Below are positions 51,264 to 61,616 of a stretch of 64,000 nt of DNA, in pieces. Below the pieces are notes generated by a model. That model saw only the letters and a program-made list of their open reading frames with translations. It ran no database searches and was not told the origin of the DNA. Within the stretch, counting starts at the first letter, position 1; every line of letters begins with the position of its first letter. The position numbers and the translations under genes are program-made. Source of the DNA: an uncultured Acidimicrobiales bacterium (GTDB lineage Bacteria > Actinomycetota > Acidimicrobiia > Acidimicrobiales > VFJN01); assembly GCA_963796415.1 (NCBI GenBank), contig CAWCLR010000005.1, positions 147,795 to 211,794 on the forward strand, read 5' to 3'.

Positions 51264-52796
51264 TCAGTGGTCGTGGCCGGGCATCCCGTCCATGCCCGAC
51301 AGGTCGGGCTCGTCGCCCCGCTCGACCACGACGAACTGGCCCATCATCCCCTGGTCCTCGTGGCGCAGCACGTGGCAGTGGAACATGTACGGCGTCGTCG
51401 GGTCGGCGTGGTCCTCGAAGCGGGCGATGATCCGCATGGTCGTGTTCGGCGGCACGTACACCGTGTCCTTCCACCCGGCGAGCTCGGGCGGGGGCGGCTC
51501 ACCATCGACGTCCAGCACCGCGAAGTGCACGAGGTGCGGGTGGAAGCTGTGCGGGTTGCCGTCGGTGTTGCGGATCTCCCAGATCTCGGTCGTGTCGACG
51601 GTGACGACCTGGTCGACGCGGTCCAGGTCCATCCGGTCGCCGTTGATGGCGCTGTCGCCCAGCCGGAACTCGCGGGTGCGCACCGCGTCGTCGGGGTCGG
51701 GGCGGTCGATCGTGGCCAGGGTGTCGGGCACCGCCGGCGCCGGCGCCAGCGTGTCGGCTGCCCGCAGCTCGAGGACGTCGAAGCTGTCGTCGCCCCCGGC
51801 GAACCGCTCGAACAGGGGGACACCGAGGTCGGGGGCGAAGCTGCGCAGCACCGTCCGCTCGCCGGGGTCGACGTCCACCACGATCTCGGCCCGCTCGCCG
51901 GGCGAGAGCTGCACGCGGTCGGTCTCGTGCGGCCGCTCGAGCAGGCCGGCGTCGCTGGCGACCTGCTGGAACGTGCGGTCGTCGGCGAAGCCGAAGTCGT
52001 AGACCCGTGCGTTCGAGGCGTTGAGCAGACGGAACCGCACCCGCTCGGTGGTGACGTCCAGGTGGGGGTTCACGGTGCCGTTCACGACGATGGTGTCGCC
52101 CAGGAAGCCGACGGTGTTGAACAGCGGCTCGCTGCTGTCGAGCTCGCCGTCGCCGTCGAACGACTTGTCCTGCACGATCAGCGGCACGTCGTCGACCCCG
52201 TAGGTGGCGGGCAGGTCGGGGGCCGCTGCGGGGTCGTCGACGAGGAACAGGCCCGCCGCGCCCCGGTAGACCTGGGCCGCGGTCTCGCCGTGCAGGTGCG
52301 GGTGGTACCAGAGGGTGGCGGCGGGCTGGTCGACGGTCCACGACGGCGACCAGGTGGCGCCGGGGTCGACCATCTGGTGCGGGCCGCCGTCCATGGCCGC
52401 CGGCAGGTGCATGCCGTGCCAGTGCAGCGTGGTGGGCTCGTCGACGCCGTTGGTCACGTTCACCCGCACGTCGTCGCCCGCATTCGCCCGGAGGGTCGGG
52501 CCGAGGTAGGTACCGTTCAGCCCCCACGTCTCGCTCGGCCCGTCGTCGACGATGTCGGTCTGACCGGCCGTGAACCGCAGGTCGAAGACCTTCGTGCCGT
52601 CCGGCGCGATCGTAGGCTCGGCCAGCGGCGGGATCTGCAGGGCGTTGGCGAAGTCGAGGTCGCCGACCGTCGACGTCTTCGCCCGCGACCACACCCACGC
52701 GCCGGCCCCGGCGGCCAGGGCCACCAGCAGCACGGCCACTCCGGCCCCGCCAGCGAGCAGCTTCTTCCACGGCAGACGGCGCAGTCGTTCCCGCAT
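51264..52796 (-). CDS. Multicopper oxidase (CueO/laccase-like), N-terminal membrane anchor
   Basis: HWHG, WYHPH, HSFHPH, MFHCHVLRHEDQGMM; TACGGT 6 nt before ATG. Confidence 0.92.
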   Translation of the reverse strand: MRERLRRLPWKKLLAGGAGVAVLLVALAAGAGAWVWSRAKTSTVGDLDFANALQIPPLAEPTIAPDGTKVFDLRFTAGQTDIVDDGPSETWGLNGTYLGPTLRANAGDDVRVNVTNGVDEPTTLHWHGMHLPAAMDGGPHQMVDPGATWSPSWTVDQPAATLWYHPHLHGETAAQVYRGAAGLFLVDDPAAAPDLPATYGVDDVPLIVQDKSFDGDGELDSSEPLFNTVGFLGDTIVVNGTVNPHLDVTTERVRFRLLNASNARVYDFGFADDRTFQQVASDAGLLERPHETDRVQLSPGERAEIVVDVDPGERTVLRSFAPDLGVPLFERFAGGDDSFDVLELRAADTLAPAPAVPDTLATIDRPDPDDAVRTREFRLGDSAINGDRMDLDRVDQVVTVDTTEIWEIRNTDGNPHSFHPHLVHFAVLDVDGEPPPPELAGWKDTVYVPPNTTMRIIARFEDHADPTTPYMFHCHVLRHEDQGMMGQFVVVERGDEPDLSGMDGMPGHDH

Positions 52797-52872
52797 GGAT
52801 CGACCGTACGAACGCCCCGCGGCGTCGCCCATCCGGCGCCCTGGCGTCTCGCGGGTGGGGCTGACCCCACCG

Positions 52873-52912
52873 CCCACCCGCGGGAACACGTGCAGGGCCG
52901 GGGAGGGGGCGG
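52873..52912 (+). repeat. 40-bp direct repeat, copy 1
   Basis: CCCACCCGCGGGAACACGTGCAGGGCCGGGGAGGGGGCGG identical to 53375-53414. Confidence 0.9.
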
Positions 52913-53059
52913 CGGCATCGGCCGGCGAGGCAATGGCGCTCGTTCCGGGACTCTGGAGGCAATGATGTTCGGCCCCCGCACGCAGTTGCCTCGAGAGCGT
53001 CGCAGCGGCAGCCATCGCCTCGACGGGCGGGGCAGCCGCCGTCAGGGCATTCTGTACCG

Positions 53060-53293
53060 GTGGTCAGGTGGAAGGTCGTTCAGCGATCGTTCGTCGTCGC
53101 CACCTTGCTCATCGTCTGGACGTTCCTCGGCGTCACCTGCGCTGGGATCGTTGCCATGTCCGGCGCACAGAGCCGTTCCGGCGAGTGGCCGGTCGGCGCA
53201 ACCGTCGCCATGATCATCGTCGGTCTAGTTTGGGCAATTGCGCCCGCCATCCTGTGGCGGCGTCACCACGGCGGCCAGCGGAAGAGCGCCTAG
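53060..53293 (+). CDS. Small two-TM membrane protein
   Basis: 77 aa, two hydrophobic helices, basic tail; more AT-rich codons; lies between the direct repeats. Confidence 0.6.
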   Translation: MVRWKVVQRSFVVATLLIVWTFLGVTCAGIVAMSGAQSRSGEWPVGATVAMIIVGLVWAIAPAILWRRHHGGQRKSA

Positions 53294-53374
53294 CTGCGGT
53301 TCTGCGGTCCCACAACAGCGCCTGCCGACCGGCGACGACGGGAACAACCGACGGCATGTGACTCGGGTCCACTA

Positions 53375-53414
53375 CCCACCCGCGGGAACACGTGCAGGGC
53401 CGGGGAGGGGGCGG
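53375..53414 (+). repeat. 40-bp direct repeat, copy 2
   Basis: Identical to 52873-52912; abuts the cysS -10 TACCCT. Confidence 0.9.
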
Positions 53415-53431
53415 AAGTACCCTGACCACCC

Positions 53432-54796
53432 ATGCTGCAGCTGTTCGACACCGCGAAGGGGGCCGTGGCCCCCGTCCAGCTCCGCGAGCCGGGCAAGGTG
53501 TCGATGTACGTCTGCGGGCCCACCGTCTACGGCCCGCCCCACCTGGGGCACGGCCGGTTCTCCCTGGTCTTCGACGTCCTGCGCCGCTACCTGGCCTGGA
53601 CCGGCCTCGACGTCACGTACGTGTCGAACATCACCGACATCGACGACAAGATCATCCAGCGGGCCCAGGACGAGGACCGCGACTGGCGCGACATCACCCA
53701 ACGCTGCGAGACCGTCTGGTACCGGGCCATGGACGCGCTGAACGTGCGCCGGCCCGACCAGGATCCCCACGCCACCGCCTACGTCGAGCACATGGTCGCC
53801 CTCATCGGCCGACTGGTCGACCGCGCCGCGGCCTACGAGACGTCCGACGGCGTCTACTTCCTGTCCGAGACGGTCGACGACTACGGGCTGCTGGCCCGCC
53901 AGCCGCTCGACTCGTTGAAGGCGGGGGCGCGGGTCGAGGGCAGCGACGAGAAGCGGTCGCCGGTCGACTTCGCGCTGTGGAAGAAGGCCAAGCCCGGCGA
54001 GCCCAGCTGGCCGTCGCCGTGGGGCGAGGGCCGCCCCGGCTGGCACACCGAGTGCGTGGTGATGGCGCTCGACCTGCTCGGCGAGGACTTCGACCTGCAC
54101 GGCGGCGGGCAGGACCTGGCCTTTCCGCATCACGAGAACGAGCGGGCCCAGGCGGTGGCCGACGGTCGCCGGTTCGCCCGGACCTGGGTCCACAACGGGT
54201 TCGTCGAGGTCGAGGGCACGAAGATGTCCAAGTCGCTAGGCAACGTGTCGAACCTGCTCGACCTGGTCAAACAGTACGACCCCCGCGCCTACCGGTTGCT
54301 GGTGCTGCGGTCGCACTACCGGTCGCCCATCGACGTCACCGACGACACGCTGCGCGACGCCGAGGCGGCGCTCGCCCGGCTCGACGCCTTCGCCCGCCGG
54401 GTGGCCGCGGCCGCCGACCTGGGCGCTGCGGCCCCCGACCCCGAGGCCCTCGCCCGGTTCCGGGCGGCGATGGACGACGACCTGCAGACGCCCGCCGCCA
54501 CTGGGCTGCTCTTCGACCTGGTGCGCCGGGCCAACGTGGCGCTGGACGCCGGCGACGCCGCCGCGGCCGCGCCCCTGGCCGCGGCGGCGACCGAGATCGC
54601 CGGCGCCCTCGGCCTCGACCTACACGCCGAGGCTGCGGGTGAGGTCCCCGCCGACGTGCTCGGCTGGGCCGCCGAGCGCGACGCCGCTCGCGCCGCCAAG
54701 GACTGGTCGCGGGCCGACGCCCTGCGCGACCAGATCGTGGGGGCCGGCTATGTCGTCGAGGACACGCCCGCCGGCGCGGTGGTCCGCCCCGCCTGA
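53432..54796 (+). CDS. cysS: Cysteine--tRNA ligase
   Basis: MYVCGPTVY..HLGH, DFALWK, PGWHTEC, FPHHENE, KMSKS. Confidence 0.97.
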   Translation: MLQLFDTAKGAVAPVQLREPGKVSMYVCGPTVYGPPHLGHGRFSLVFDVLRRYLAWTGLDVTYVSNITDIDDKIIQRAQDEDRDWRDITQRCETVWYRAMDALNVRRPDQDPHATAYVEHMVALIGRLVDRAAAYETSDGVYFLSETVDDYGLLARQPLDSLKAGARVEGSDEKRSPVDFALWKKAKPGEPSWPSPWGEGRPGWHTECVVMALDLLGEDFDLHGGGQDLAFPHHENERAQAVADGRRFARTWVHNGFVEVEGTKMSKSLGNVSNLLDLVKQYDPRAYRLLVLRSHYRSPIDVTDDTLRDAEAALARLDAFARRVAAAADLGAAAPDPEALARFRAAMDDDLQTPAATGLLFDLVRRANVALDAGDAAAAAPLAAAATEIAGALGLDLHAEAAGEVPADVLGWAAERDAARAAKDWSRADALRDQIVGAGYVVEDTPAGAVVRPA

Positions 54797-54820
54797 GGCC
54801 TGCCGGCTGCGGAGGCCGCC

Positions 54821-55426
54821 CTACGGCAGGACGACCGGGTGGCCGGCGTATCGGGCCTTGACGACGTACGTCCCGGCGGCCATGTCGCCGATGCGCCGGT
54901 GGCCGCGGGAGAACATGGCGACCCACAGGCCGAGGGGCAGGATCAGCGAGATGGTGTCGATGATGAGGAGCAGGGTCCGTCCCAGCGCCTTGCCGATGCC
55001 GGGCCGGCCGCCGTCGGGTCGCACGACGCGGGCCCCGGTGACGAACTTGCCGACGGTGGCGCCGGTGGTTCCCTGCAGCAGCACGTCGTTGGCGACGACC
55101 CAGGCGAGCCAGGCGCCGGCGGCGATCAGGACGGCGCTCGTGTCGATCAGGAGGATCTGCTCGTCATCGTCGTCGCCCGTGCCCGACGTGAGGTCGATGC
55201 AGACGCGGTCGTCGGGTACCTGGTCGGGACAGCGCCGGGCGTCCGGCGTGTCGACGTCGCCGAGCGCACCGGCCACCGCCAGCGCGATCAGCGTGCCGAT
55301 GGCCGCGTCGATGACGTAGGCGAAGATGCGCCGCCACAGGGCCTTCGTCGGGTCGACACCGGCCGGCACAGCGGCGGCATACCCGGCCGGGGCTGCGTAC
55401 TCGCCGCCGGGGAAGGGGGAGGTCAC
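54821..55426 (-). CDS. RDD family membrane protein
   Basis: RRIFAYVID, GATVGK, RRIGDMAAGTYVV. Confidence 0.85.
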   Translation of the reverse strand: MTSPFPGGEYAAPAGYAAAVPAGVDPTKALWRRIFAYVIDAAIGTLIALAVAGALGDVDTPDARRCPDQVPDDRVCIDLTSGTGDDDDEQILLIDTSAVLIAAGAWLAWVVANDVLLQGTTGATVGKFVTGARVVRPDGGRPGIGKALGRTLLLIIDTISLILPLGLWVAMFSRGHRRIGDMAAGTYVVKARYAGHPVVLP

Positions 55427-55528
55427 GAGCGAACGGTACGGCGCGCCGATCGCCGTGTCACGACCGTCGGTGGGCGAGGAATCACGCGGCGTCGGAGAGG
55501 CAGGTCGCCCCGGCGCCGGGATGGTCCG

Positions 55529-56506
55529 TCAGGGCTCGGGGACGTGGCAGTCGGCGACCTCGCCGGCTCGTACGTCGTGGTGTTCGGGCGAGCGCCCGTC
55601 GGCGCCGGTGCCGGCGCCGACCGCGACGGGCGCCGGCTCGGGCTCTGGCACCGGGGCGCGGTCGCGCGACGTCGCCAGCACGGAACCGACCAGGATCAGG
55701 GCGAAGCCGAGGCCGGTCGTGGCCGTGATCTCCTCGTCGAGGACGATCGCCCCCAGCGCCAGGGCGACGGCCGGGTTCACGTAGGTGATGACGGTCGAGC
55801 GGGCAGGGCCCACCTCGGCGATGAGCTCGAAGAAGACGACGAAGGCGATGGCCGTGCAGATCACGGCCAGCCCCACGATGGCGAGCCACGTGTCGCTGTC
55901 GGGGGCCTGGTCGGGCCACGAGGCCAGGCCGAAGGGCGTGTAGAACACGGCCGTGATGGCGAGGGAGCCGGCGACCACCCCGAGGCCCGGGAGGTCGGCC
56001 AGCGTCCGGGCCAGGATCATCGGCCCGATGGCGTAGCAGATCGCCACGCCGCCGACGGCGGCCACGGCGCCCGCGTTCGACGCCCCGATATCGAAGCCCA
56101 CCAGCGCGGCGACGCCGGCGAAGCCGACGAGCAGCCCGGCCACCCGCTTGCCGCCCAGGGTGTCGTCCCCGGTGGCGGTGACGAGCACGGCCCCGACCAG
56201 CGGGACGGCAGCCACCAGCAGGCCGGTCAGCGAGCTCGACAGCTTCTGTTCTGCCTGGCCGAGCAGCACCCAGGGGATGCAGATCTCGACGAACGTGTAG
56301 ATGAGCAGCGGCCGCCAGGCCGGAACCAGGGGCCGGAGCGCCCCTCGGGCGGCGGCCAGCGGTACGAGCAGGACGGTGGCCAGCGCGGCCCGGGCGAACA
56401 CGAGGCTGGCGGGGGAGAGGTCCTCGATCGCCACCTTGATGAGTAGGTAGGGGATGCCCCAGATCACGCCCATCGCCGCGAACAGCACCCAACCACGCCG
56501 TGACAT
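55529..56506 (-). CDS. EamA/DMT family transporter
   Basis: IWGIPYLLIKVA, multiple TMs, ITYVNPAVA..LG..VLDE. Confidence 0.9.
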   Translation of the reverse strand: MSRRGWVLFAAMGVIWGIPYLLIKVAIEDLSPASLVFARAALATVLLVPLAAARGALRPLVPAWRPLLIYTFVEICIPWVLLGQAEQKLSSSLTGLLVAAVPLVGAVLVTATGDDTLGGKRVAGLLVGFAGVAALVGFDIGASNAGAVAAVGGVAICYAIGPMILARTLADLPGLGVVAGSLAITAVFYTPFGLASWPDQAPDSDTWLAIVGLAVICTAIAFVVFFELIAEVGPARSTVITYVNPAVALALGAIVLDEEITATTGLGFALILVGSVLATSRDRAPVPEPEPAPVAVGAGTGADGRSPEHHDVRAGEVADCHVPEP

Positions 56507-56668
56507 CGACTCTCCCTCGTGTTCGCGAAACGGCCGGCCGTGTGCCCGCCGGGGCGGCCGCCCGCATGGTGGCAGGGGACGGCGCCGCGGTCATCTCCGT
56601 TTTCCGAACGCGGACACGACCGTGGGCGAGCAGAGTCTGGCCGGGACCGCTACGCTACCGGTAGTCTT

Positions 56669-56684
56669 GTTACCGACCGGTAAC
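56669..56684. promoter_or_regulatory. GTTAC-N6-GTAAC operator upstream of acyl-CoA dehydrogenase
   Basis: GTTACcgaccgGTAAC; same motif at 62431 upstream of the TetR gene. Confidence 0.6.
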
Positions 56685-56769
56685 CACCCCTGCTCGCGGC
56701 GTGGTCACCCATCGTGTGGTGACCCGGACGAGGGAACCAACGCCAGAGAGTCGACCGAGGGACAATCCC

Positions 56770-57987
56770 ATGAGCGAGTTCTCACTCTCACTGAACGAAG
56801 ACCAGCAACAGATCCAGAAGTGGGTCCACGACTTCGCGGAGACCGTGGTGCGCCCGGCCGCCGAGGAGTGGGACGAGCGCGAGGAGTTTCCGTGGCCCAT
56901 CGTCGAGGAGGCGGCCAAGATCGGCCTCTACTCCTTCGACTTCTTCGCCCAGGCCTCGCTCGGCGACCAGAGCGGCCTCACGCTGCCGGTGGCCCTCGAG
57001 GAGCTGTTCTGGGGTGACGCCGGCATCGGGCTGTCGATCTTCGGGTCGGGCCTGGCCGCCGCCGGCATCGCCGGCACCGGCACCCCCGAGCAGGTCATGG
57101 AGTGGGTGCCCGCATGCTTCGGCACCCCCGACGAGATCCAGCTCGGCGCGTTCTGCGTGTCCGAGCCCGACGCCGGCTCCGACGTCAGCTCGCTCAAGAC
57201 CAAGGCCGTCTACGACGAGGCCAGCGACGAGTGGGTGCTCAACGGCACCAAGGCGTGGATCACCAACGGCGGCATCGCCGACGTCCACGTCGTCGTGGCG
57301 ACGGTCGACCCCGCGCTCAAGGGCCGGGGCCAGGCCAGCTTCGTCATCCCGCCGGGCACGTCGGGCCTGTCGCAGGGCCAGAAGTACCGCAAGCACGGCA
57401 TCAAGGCGTCGCACACGGCCGAGGTCGTGCTCGACGACGTCCGCATCCCCGGGCGCCTGCTGCTCGGCGGCAAGGACAAGCTCGACGAGAAGCTGGCCCG
57501 CGCCCGCGAGCAGGAGAGGACGGGCGCCAAGCAGCCGGCCATGGCCACCTTCGAGGCCACCCGCCCGGCCGTGGGCGCCATGGCCGTCGGCATCGCCCGC
57601 GCCGCCTACGAGTACGCCCTCGGCTACGCCAAGGATCGCGTGGCGTTCGGCAAGCCGATCATCATGAACCAGGCGATCGCGTTCATGCTCGCCGACATGG
57701 CGACCGAGATCGACGCGGCCCGGCTGCTGGTCCACCGGGCCGCGTGGCTCGCCCGCAACGGCGGCTACACCAACGCCGAAGGCTCGATGTCCAAGCTCAA
57801 GGCCGGCCGCACCGCCGTGTGGGTCACCGAGCGGGCCATCCAGATCCTGGGCGGCTACGGCTACACGCGGGAGTACCCGGTCGAGCGGTTCCACCGCGAC
57901 GCCAAGATCTACGACATCTTCGAGGGCACCGAGCAGATCCAGCAGCTCGTGATCTCGCGGGCGATCAGCGGCCTCCGGGTCGAGTAG
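56770..57987 (+). CDS. Acyl-CoA dehydrogenase
   Basis: FCVSEPDAGSD, LNGTKAWITNG, QILGGYGY, IYDIFEGTEQIQ. Confidence 0.95.
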   Translation: MSEFSLSLNEDQQQIQKWVHDFAETVVRPAAEEWDEREEFPWPIVEEAAKIGLYSFDFFAQASLGDQSGLTLPVALEELFWGDAGIGLSIFGSGLAAAGIAGTGTPEQVMEWVPACFGTPDEIQLGAFCVSEPDAGSDVSSLKTKAVYDEASDEWVLNGTKAWITNGGIADVHVVVATVDPALKGRGQASFVIPPGTSGLSQGQKYRKHGIKASHTAEVVLDDVRIPGRLLLGGKDKLDEKLARAREQERTGAKQPAMATFEATRPAVGAMAVGIARAAYEYALGYAKDRVAFGKPIIMNQAIAFMLADMATEIDAARLLVHRAAWLARNGGYTNAEGSMSKLKAGRTAVWVTERAIQILGGYGYTREYPVERFHRDAKIYDIFEGTEQIQQLVISRAISGLRVE

Positions 57988-58312
57988 GTCGCGACGCCGC
58001 GCCGGAGGCGCCAAGAAGCACCGCGTCGTTTGACCTTCGGCGGCGGAGCCGCCGAATTCGCAACGGTGCTCGTGTCCGAGCACCCAGCAGCCGGGAAGGG
58101 CGTCGATCGGCCCCCTCCGCCCGCGGGCGGCGGGGGCCGCCGACGTGTCGAGGATCGCCGCGGGCGATCTCGGGACTTCGCGTCGAGGAGGCCTGCCTCC
58201 CGCAAGGCACCGGTTTCATTGCGTTCCCGCGCGGAGCGTGGTAGCCCCTTCACCACATAGCGCGTCACATGCGGGCAGCCGCGCCACTCTGGGCGCGGAG
58301 GAGGATGGTCTG

Positions 58313-59661
58313 ATGCGGCGGTTCACGGATCGTTCCGGGTTGACTTCTCGGTCTCGACGCGAGGTCGTCCACCGTCGGAGACGCGGGATGGCGGCCGCTC
58401 TGGTGGTCGCCGCACTGGTAGCCACGAGCGTCAGCAGCGTCGGCAGTGTCGGGGCGGCGGCTTCCCCGCCCCGAGGCGCCGCCGATCCGCAGGTCATCAG
58501 CGACTGGAACGCGGTTGCGTACGACACGATCATCGTCGACGCCGGAAAGCAGAACGCGGAAGCGTTCATGTGGTTCGCGTTCGAGCAGGCGGCCGTCTAC
58601 AACGCCGTCGTCGGCATCACCCGGCAGTACGAGCTCTACAACTGGAACCGTCGTGGTCCGCGGGGGGCGTCGCCTCAGGCGGCCGCCGCAGTCGCCGCGC
58701 ACGACGTGCTCCTCGAGTACTTCCCGGCGTCGGAGATCAAGCTGGACTCCGCGCTGGCGGCGTCCCTCGCCGAGGTTCCCGACGGTCCTCCAAAGGACCA
58801 GGGCATCCGCTACGGCGAGCGCGCGGCCGACCGGCTCATCGACCTCCGCGAGGACGACGGCCGCAACGCGCCGATCACGTTCGACGTCCCGCCCGCGCCC
58901 GGCGTCTGGCGCCCGACCCCACCCGCGTTCATGGCGTTCTTCGACCCGTGGATGGCACAGGTGGAGCCGCTGCTGCTCGATTCGCCCAGCCAGTTCCGGC
59001 CGGGTCCGCCTCCCGCGTTGACCTCCGCCACCTACACCGAGGATTTCAACGAGGTGAAGGACGTGGGCTCGTCGACCAGCACGGTGCGGACACCGGAACA
59101 GACCGCGACCGCGCGGTTCATGGCGCTAGCCAGCTTCCAGCTGGTCAGCTCCTCGATGCAAGACCTGGCTGCCCGATACCAGCTGGACATCAGCGACAGC
59201 GCACGCTTGTTCGCGGCAGTCGACATGAGCGCGGCCGATGGCCTGATCGCCTCCTGGGACGCCAAGTTGGAGTTCGGCTTCTGGCGGCCGATCACGGCGA
59301 TCCAGCTGGCCGACACCGATGGCAACCCGGAGACGGACCCGGATCCCAACTGGGCTTCCCTGCTGCGCGACTCCTCCCTATCCCGACTACACCAGCGGGC
59401 TCACCACGATCATGGGCGCGGCCACCCGCGCCCTGACCGGAGTCCACGACCTCGGGGGGGATCGCATCGACCTGAACATCACGGTGGCGGGTGTCACCCG
59501 CCACTACGAGACCGCGTCTCAGCTCCAGCAGGACGGCCATCGATGCCCGGGTGTGGTCGGGCATCCACTTCCGAACCGCAGACGTGGTCGGCAACCAAGC
59601 GGGCACGCAGGTCGGCGACTGGGCGCTCGACAACTACTTCCAGCCAACCCACAAGCGATAG
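58313..59661 (+). CDS. Secreted vanadium-haloperoxidase/PAP2-like protein; frameshifts at ~59367 and ~59535
   Basis: Signal peptide, WDAKLEFGFWRP, TPPYPDYTSGL, ARVWSGIHFR across three frames, TAG 59661. Confidence 0.8.
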
Positions 59662-59759
59662 ACGCGGCTCCTCCCGCCCGGGATCCTGGGTCGTTCGGCT
59701 CGACGGGCGGGAGGGGGCGTAGCCTTGGCGCACCACGCCGGACGATCCGAGGGGGAACG

Positions 59760-61487
59760 GTGCGCGAGGGGCGATCATCCGAGACGGCGGACCACGATCT
59801 GCTCATCCGCGGTGGGCTCGTCGTCGACGGCACCGGCGGACCGCCGCGCCCCGCCGACGTCGCGGTCTCCGGCGGGCGCATCCGCGAGGTGACCGAGCCG
59901 GGGCGCACCCGCGGGGCGGGCGCGGTGCTCGACGCGGACGGCCTGCTCGTCACGCCGGGCTTCGTGGACATCCACACGCACTACGACGGCCAGGTCACGT
60001 GGGACACCAGCCTCGCTCCTTCGTCGTGGCACGGCGTGACCACGGTGGTCATGGGCAACTGCGGCGTGGGCTTCGCGCCGGTGCGCCCCAGCGACCACGC
60101 CACGCTGATCGAGCTGATGGAGGGCGTCGAGGACATCCCCGGTTCGGCGCTCCACGAGGGGGTCCCGTTCGACTGGGAGACGTTCCCCGAGTACCTGACG
60201 GCCATCGAGCGGCTCGACCACGACATCGACGTGGCGGCCCAGGTCCCGCACGGCGCGCTGCGCCTCTACGTCATGGGCGAGCGGGGCGCCCGGCGCGAGC
60301 CCGCCACCGCCCTGGAGATCGGCGAGATGGGACGCCTCGTCGCCGAGGCCGTGCGCGCCGGCGCGCTCGGTTTCACGACCTCCCGCACGCTCAACCACCG
60401 CACGAGCACGGGCGACTCCACCCCGACGCTGACCGCGGCCGAGGAGGAGCTCGTGGGCATCGCCGAGGCCATGGGCGAGACGGGCGCGGGCGTGATGGAG
60501 CTCATCTCCGACTTCCCCGACGGCCTGGCCGAGTTCCAGCGCCTGCGCCACATGGTCGAGCGGTCCGGACGGCCGCTCACGATCTCGCTGGCCCAGCAGG
60601 GCAGCAGCGACGCCTACCGGGGCATGCTCTGGCTGCTCGATGCCGTCGCCAGTGAAGGGCTGCCGATGAAGGCCCAGGTGGCGGCCCGGCCGATCGGCGC
60701 GCTGTTCGGGCTGCAGGCGACGTTCAGCCCCTTCGCGAGCAACCCGGCCTACGCCGAGGTGGCGGACCTGCCGTTCGACGAGCGCCTGGCCGCGCTGGCA
60801 GACCCCGCAGTCCGGGCCCGCATCCTGGCCGCCGAGAGCCCCGACGACGCCGGCCGGTTCGACGACCTGTACCTGCTCGGCGAGCCGCCCGACTACGAGC
60901 AGCCACCCGAGCGGTCCGTCGGGGGCCGGGCCAGGACCGAGGGTCGGCCCCCGGCCGAGCTGGCCTACGACGCGATGGTCGCCGACGGCGGCACCGGCTT
61001 CCTCTACTTCCCGTTCGCCAACTACGTCGACGGCGACTTCGAGGCGATCCGCGAGATGCTGCTGCACCCGCAGACCCTGGTCGGGCTGGGCGACGGCGGC
61101 GCCCACGTCGGCACGATCTGCGACGGCAGCAACGTGACCACCATGCTCACCCACTGGACGCGGGACCGCACCAGGGGCGAGCGGCTCGAGCTGCCCTGGG
61201 TCGTCCACGCCCTGACCCGGCGCAACGCCGAGGCCGTCGGGCTGCTCGACCGGGGGGTCGTGGCGCCGGGCTACAAGGCCGACCTGAACGTGATCGACCT
61301 CGACAACCTCACGCTGCACGCGCCCGAGATGCGCTTCGACCTGCCGGCGGGGGGCAAGCGGCTGTTGCAGCGCGTCGACGGCTACGTGGCCACGATCGTG
61401 TCGGGCCGGGTCATCGCTCGGGACGGCACGCCCACCGGCGCGCTCCCGGGCCGCCTCGTCCGCGGGGCACAGCCGGCGCCCATGTGA
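59760..61487 (+). CDS. N-acyl-D-amino-acid deacylase-like amidohydrolase
   Basis: PGFVDIHTHYD, GVTTVVMGNCG, DGGAH, RG..APG.KADL. Confidence 0.9.
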   Translation: MREGRSSETADHDLLIRGGLVVDGTGGPPRPADVAVSGGRIREVTEPGRTRGAGAVLDADGLLVTPGFVDIHTHYDGQVTWDTSLAPSSWHGVTTVVMGNCGVGFAPVRPSDHATLIELMEGVEDIPGSALHEGVPFDWETFPEYLTAIERLDHDIDVAAQVPHGALRLYVMGERGARREPATALEIGEMGRLVAEAVRAGALGFTTSRTLNHRTSTGDSTPTLTAAEEELVGIAEAMGETGAGVMELISDFPDGLAEFQRLRHMVERSGRPLTISLAQQGSSDAYRGMLWLLDAVASEGLPMKAQVAARPIGALFGLQATFSPFASNPAYAEVADLPFDERLAALADPAVRARILAAESPDDAGRFDDLYLLGEPPDYEQPPERSVGGRARTEGRPPAELAYDAMVADGGTGFLYFPFANYVDGDFEAIREMLLHPQTLVGLGDGGAHVGTICDGSNVTTMLTHWTRDRTRGERLELPWVVHALTRRNAEAVGLLDRGVVAPGYKADLNVIDLDNLTLHAPEMRFDLPAGGKRLLQRVDGYVATIVSGRVIARDGTPTGALPGRLVRGAQPAPM

Positions 61488-61616
61488 CAACAGACACTTC
61501 AGAATGACGGTTGCTGACGCGTGGATGGCCGTACACTGTCTTTCGACGCTTCCGGGTGGGGTTCCCACTCGGGGGCTCAGGGTCTTTCACAAACTGGGTC
61601 TTTCACAACTCAAGGC

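Noticed and set aside
52873-53414. 40-bp repeat as a CRISPR array (reverse strand starts like GTGTTCCC)
   Set aside because: Only two copies, separated by 462 bp, and no cas genes
56703-56724. GGTCACCC..TGGTGACC as a seventh LuxR box
   Set aside because: Spacer is 6 rather than 5 with a mismatch; more likely a 5'-UTR hairpin
59319-59760. Haloperoxidase-deacylase fusion implied by the 722-aa ORF
   Set aside because: Artefact of frameshifts; the haloperoxidase-like gene has its own stop at 59661
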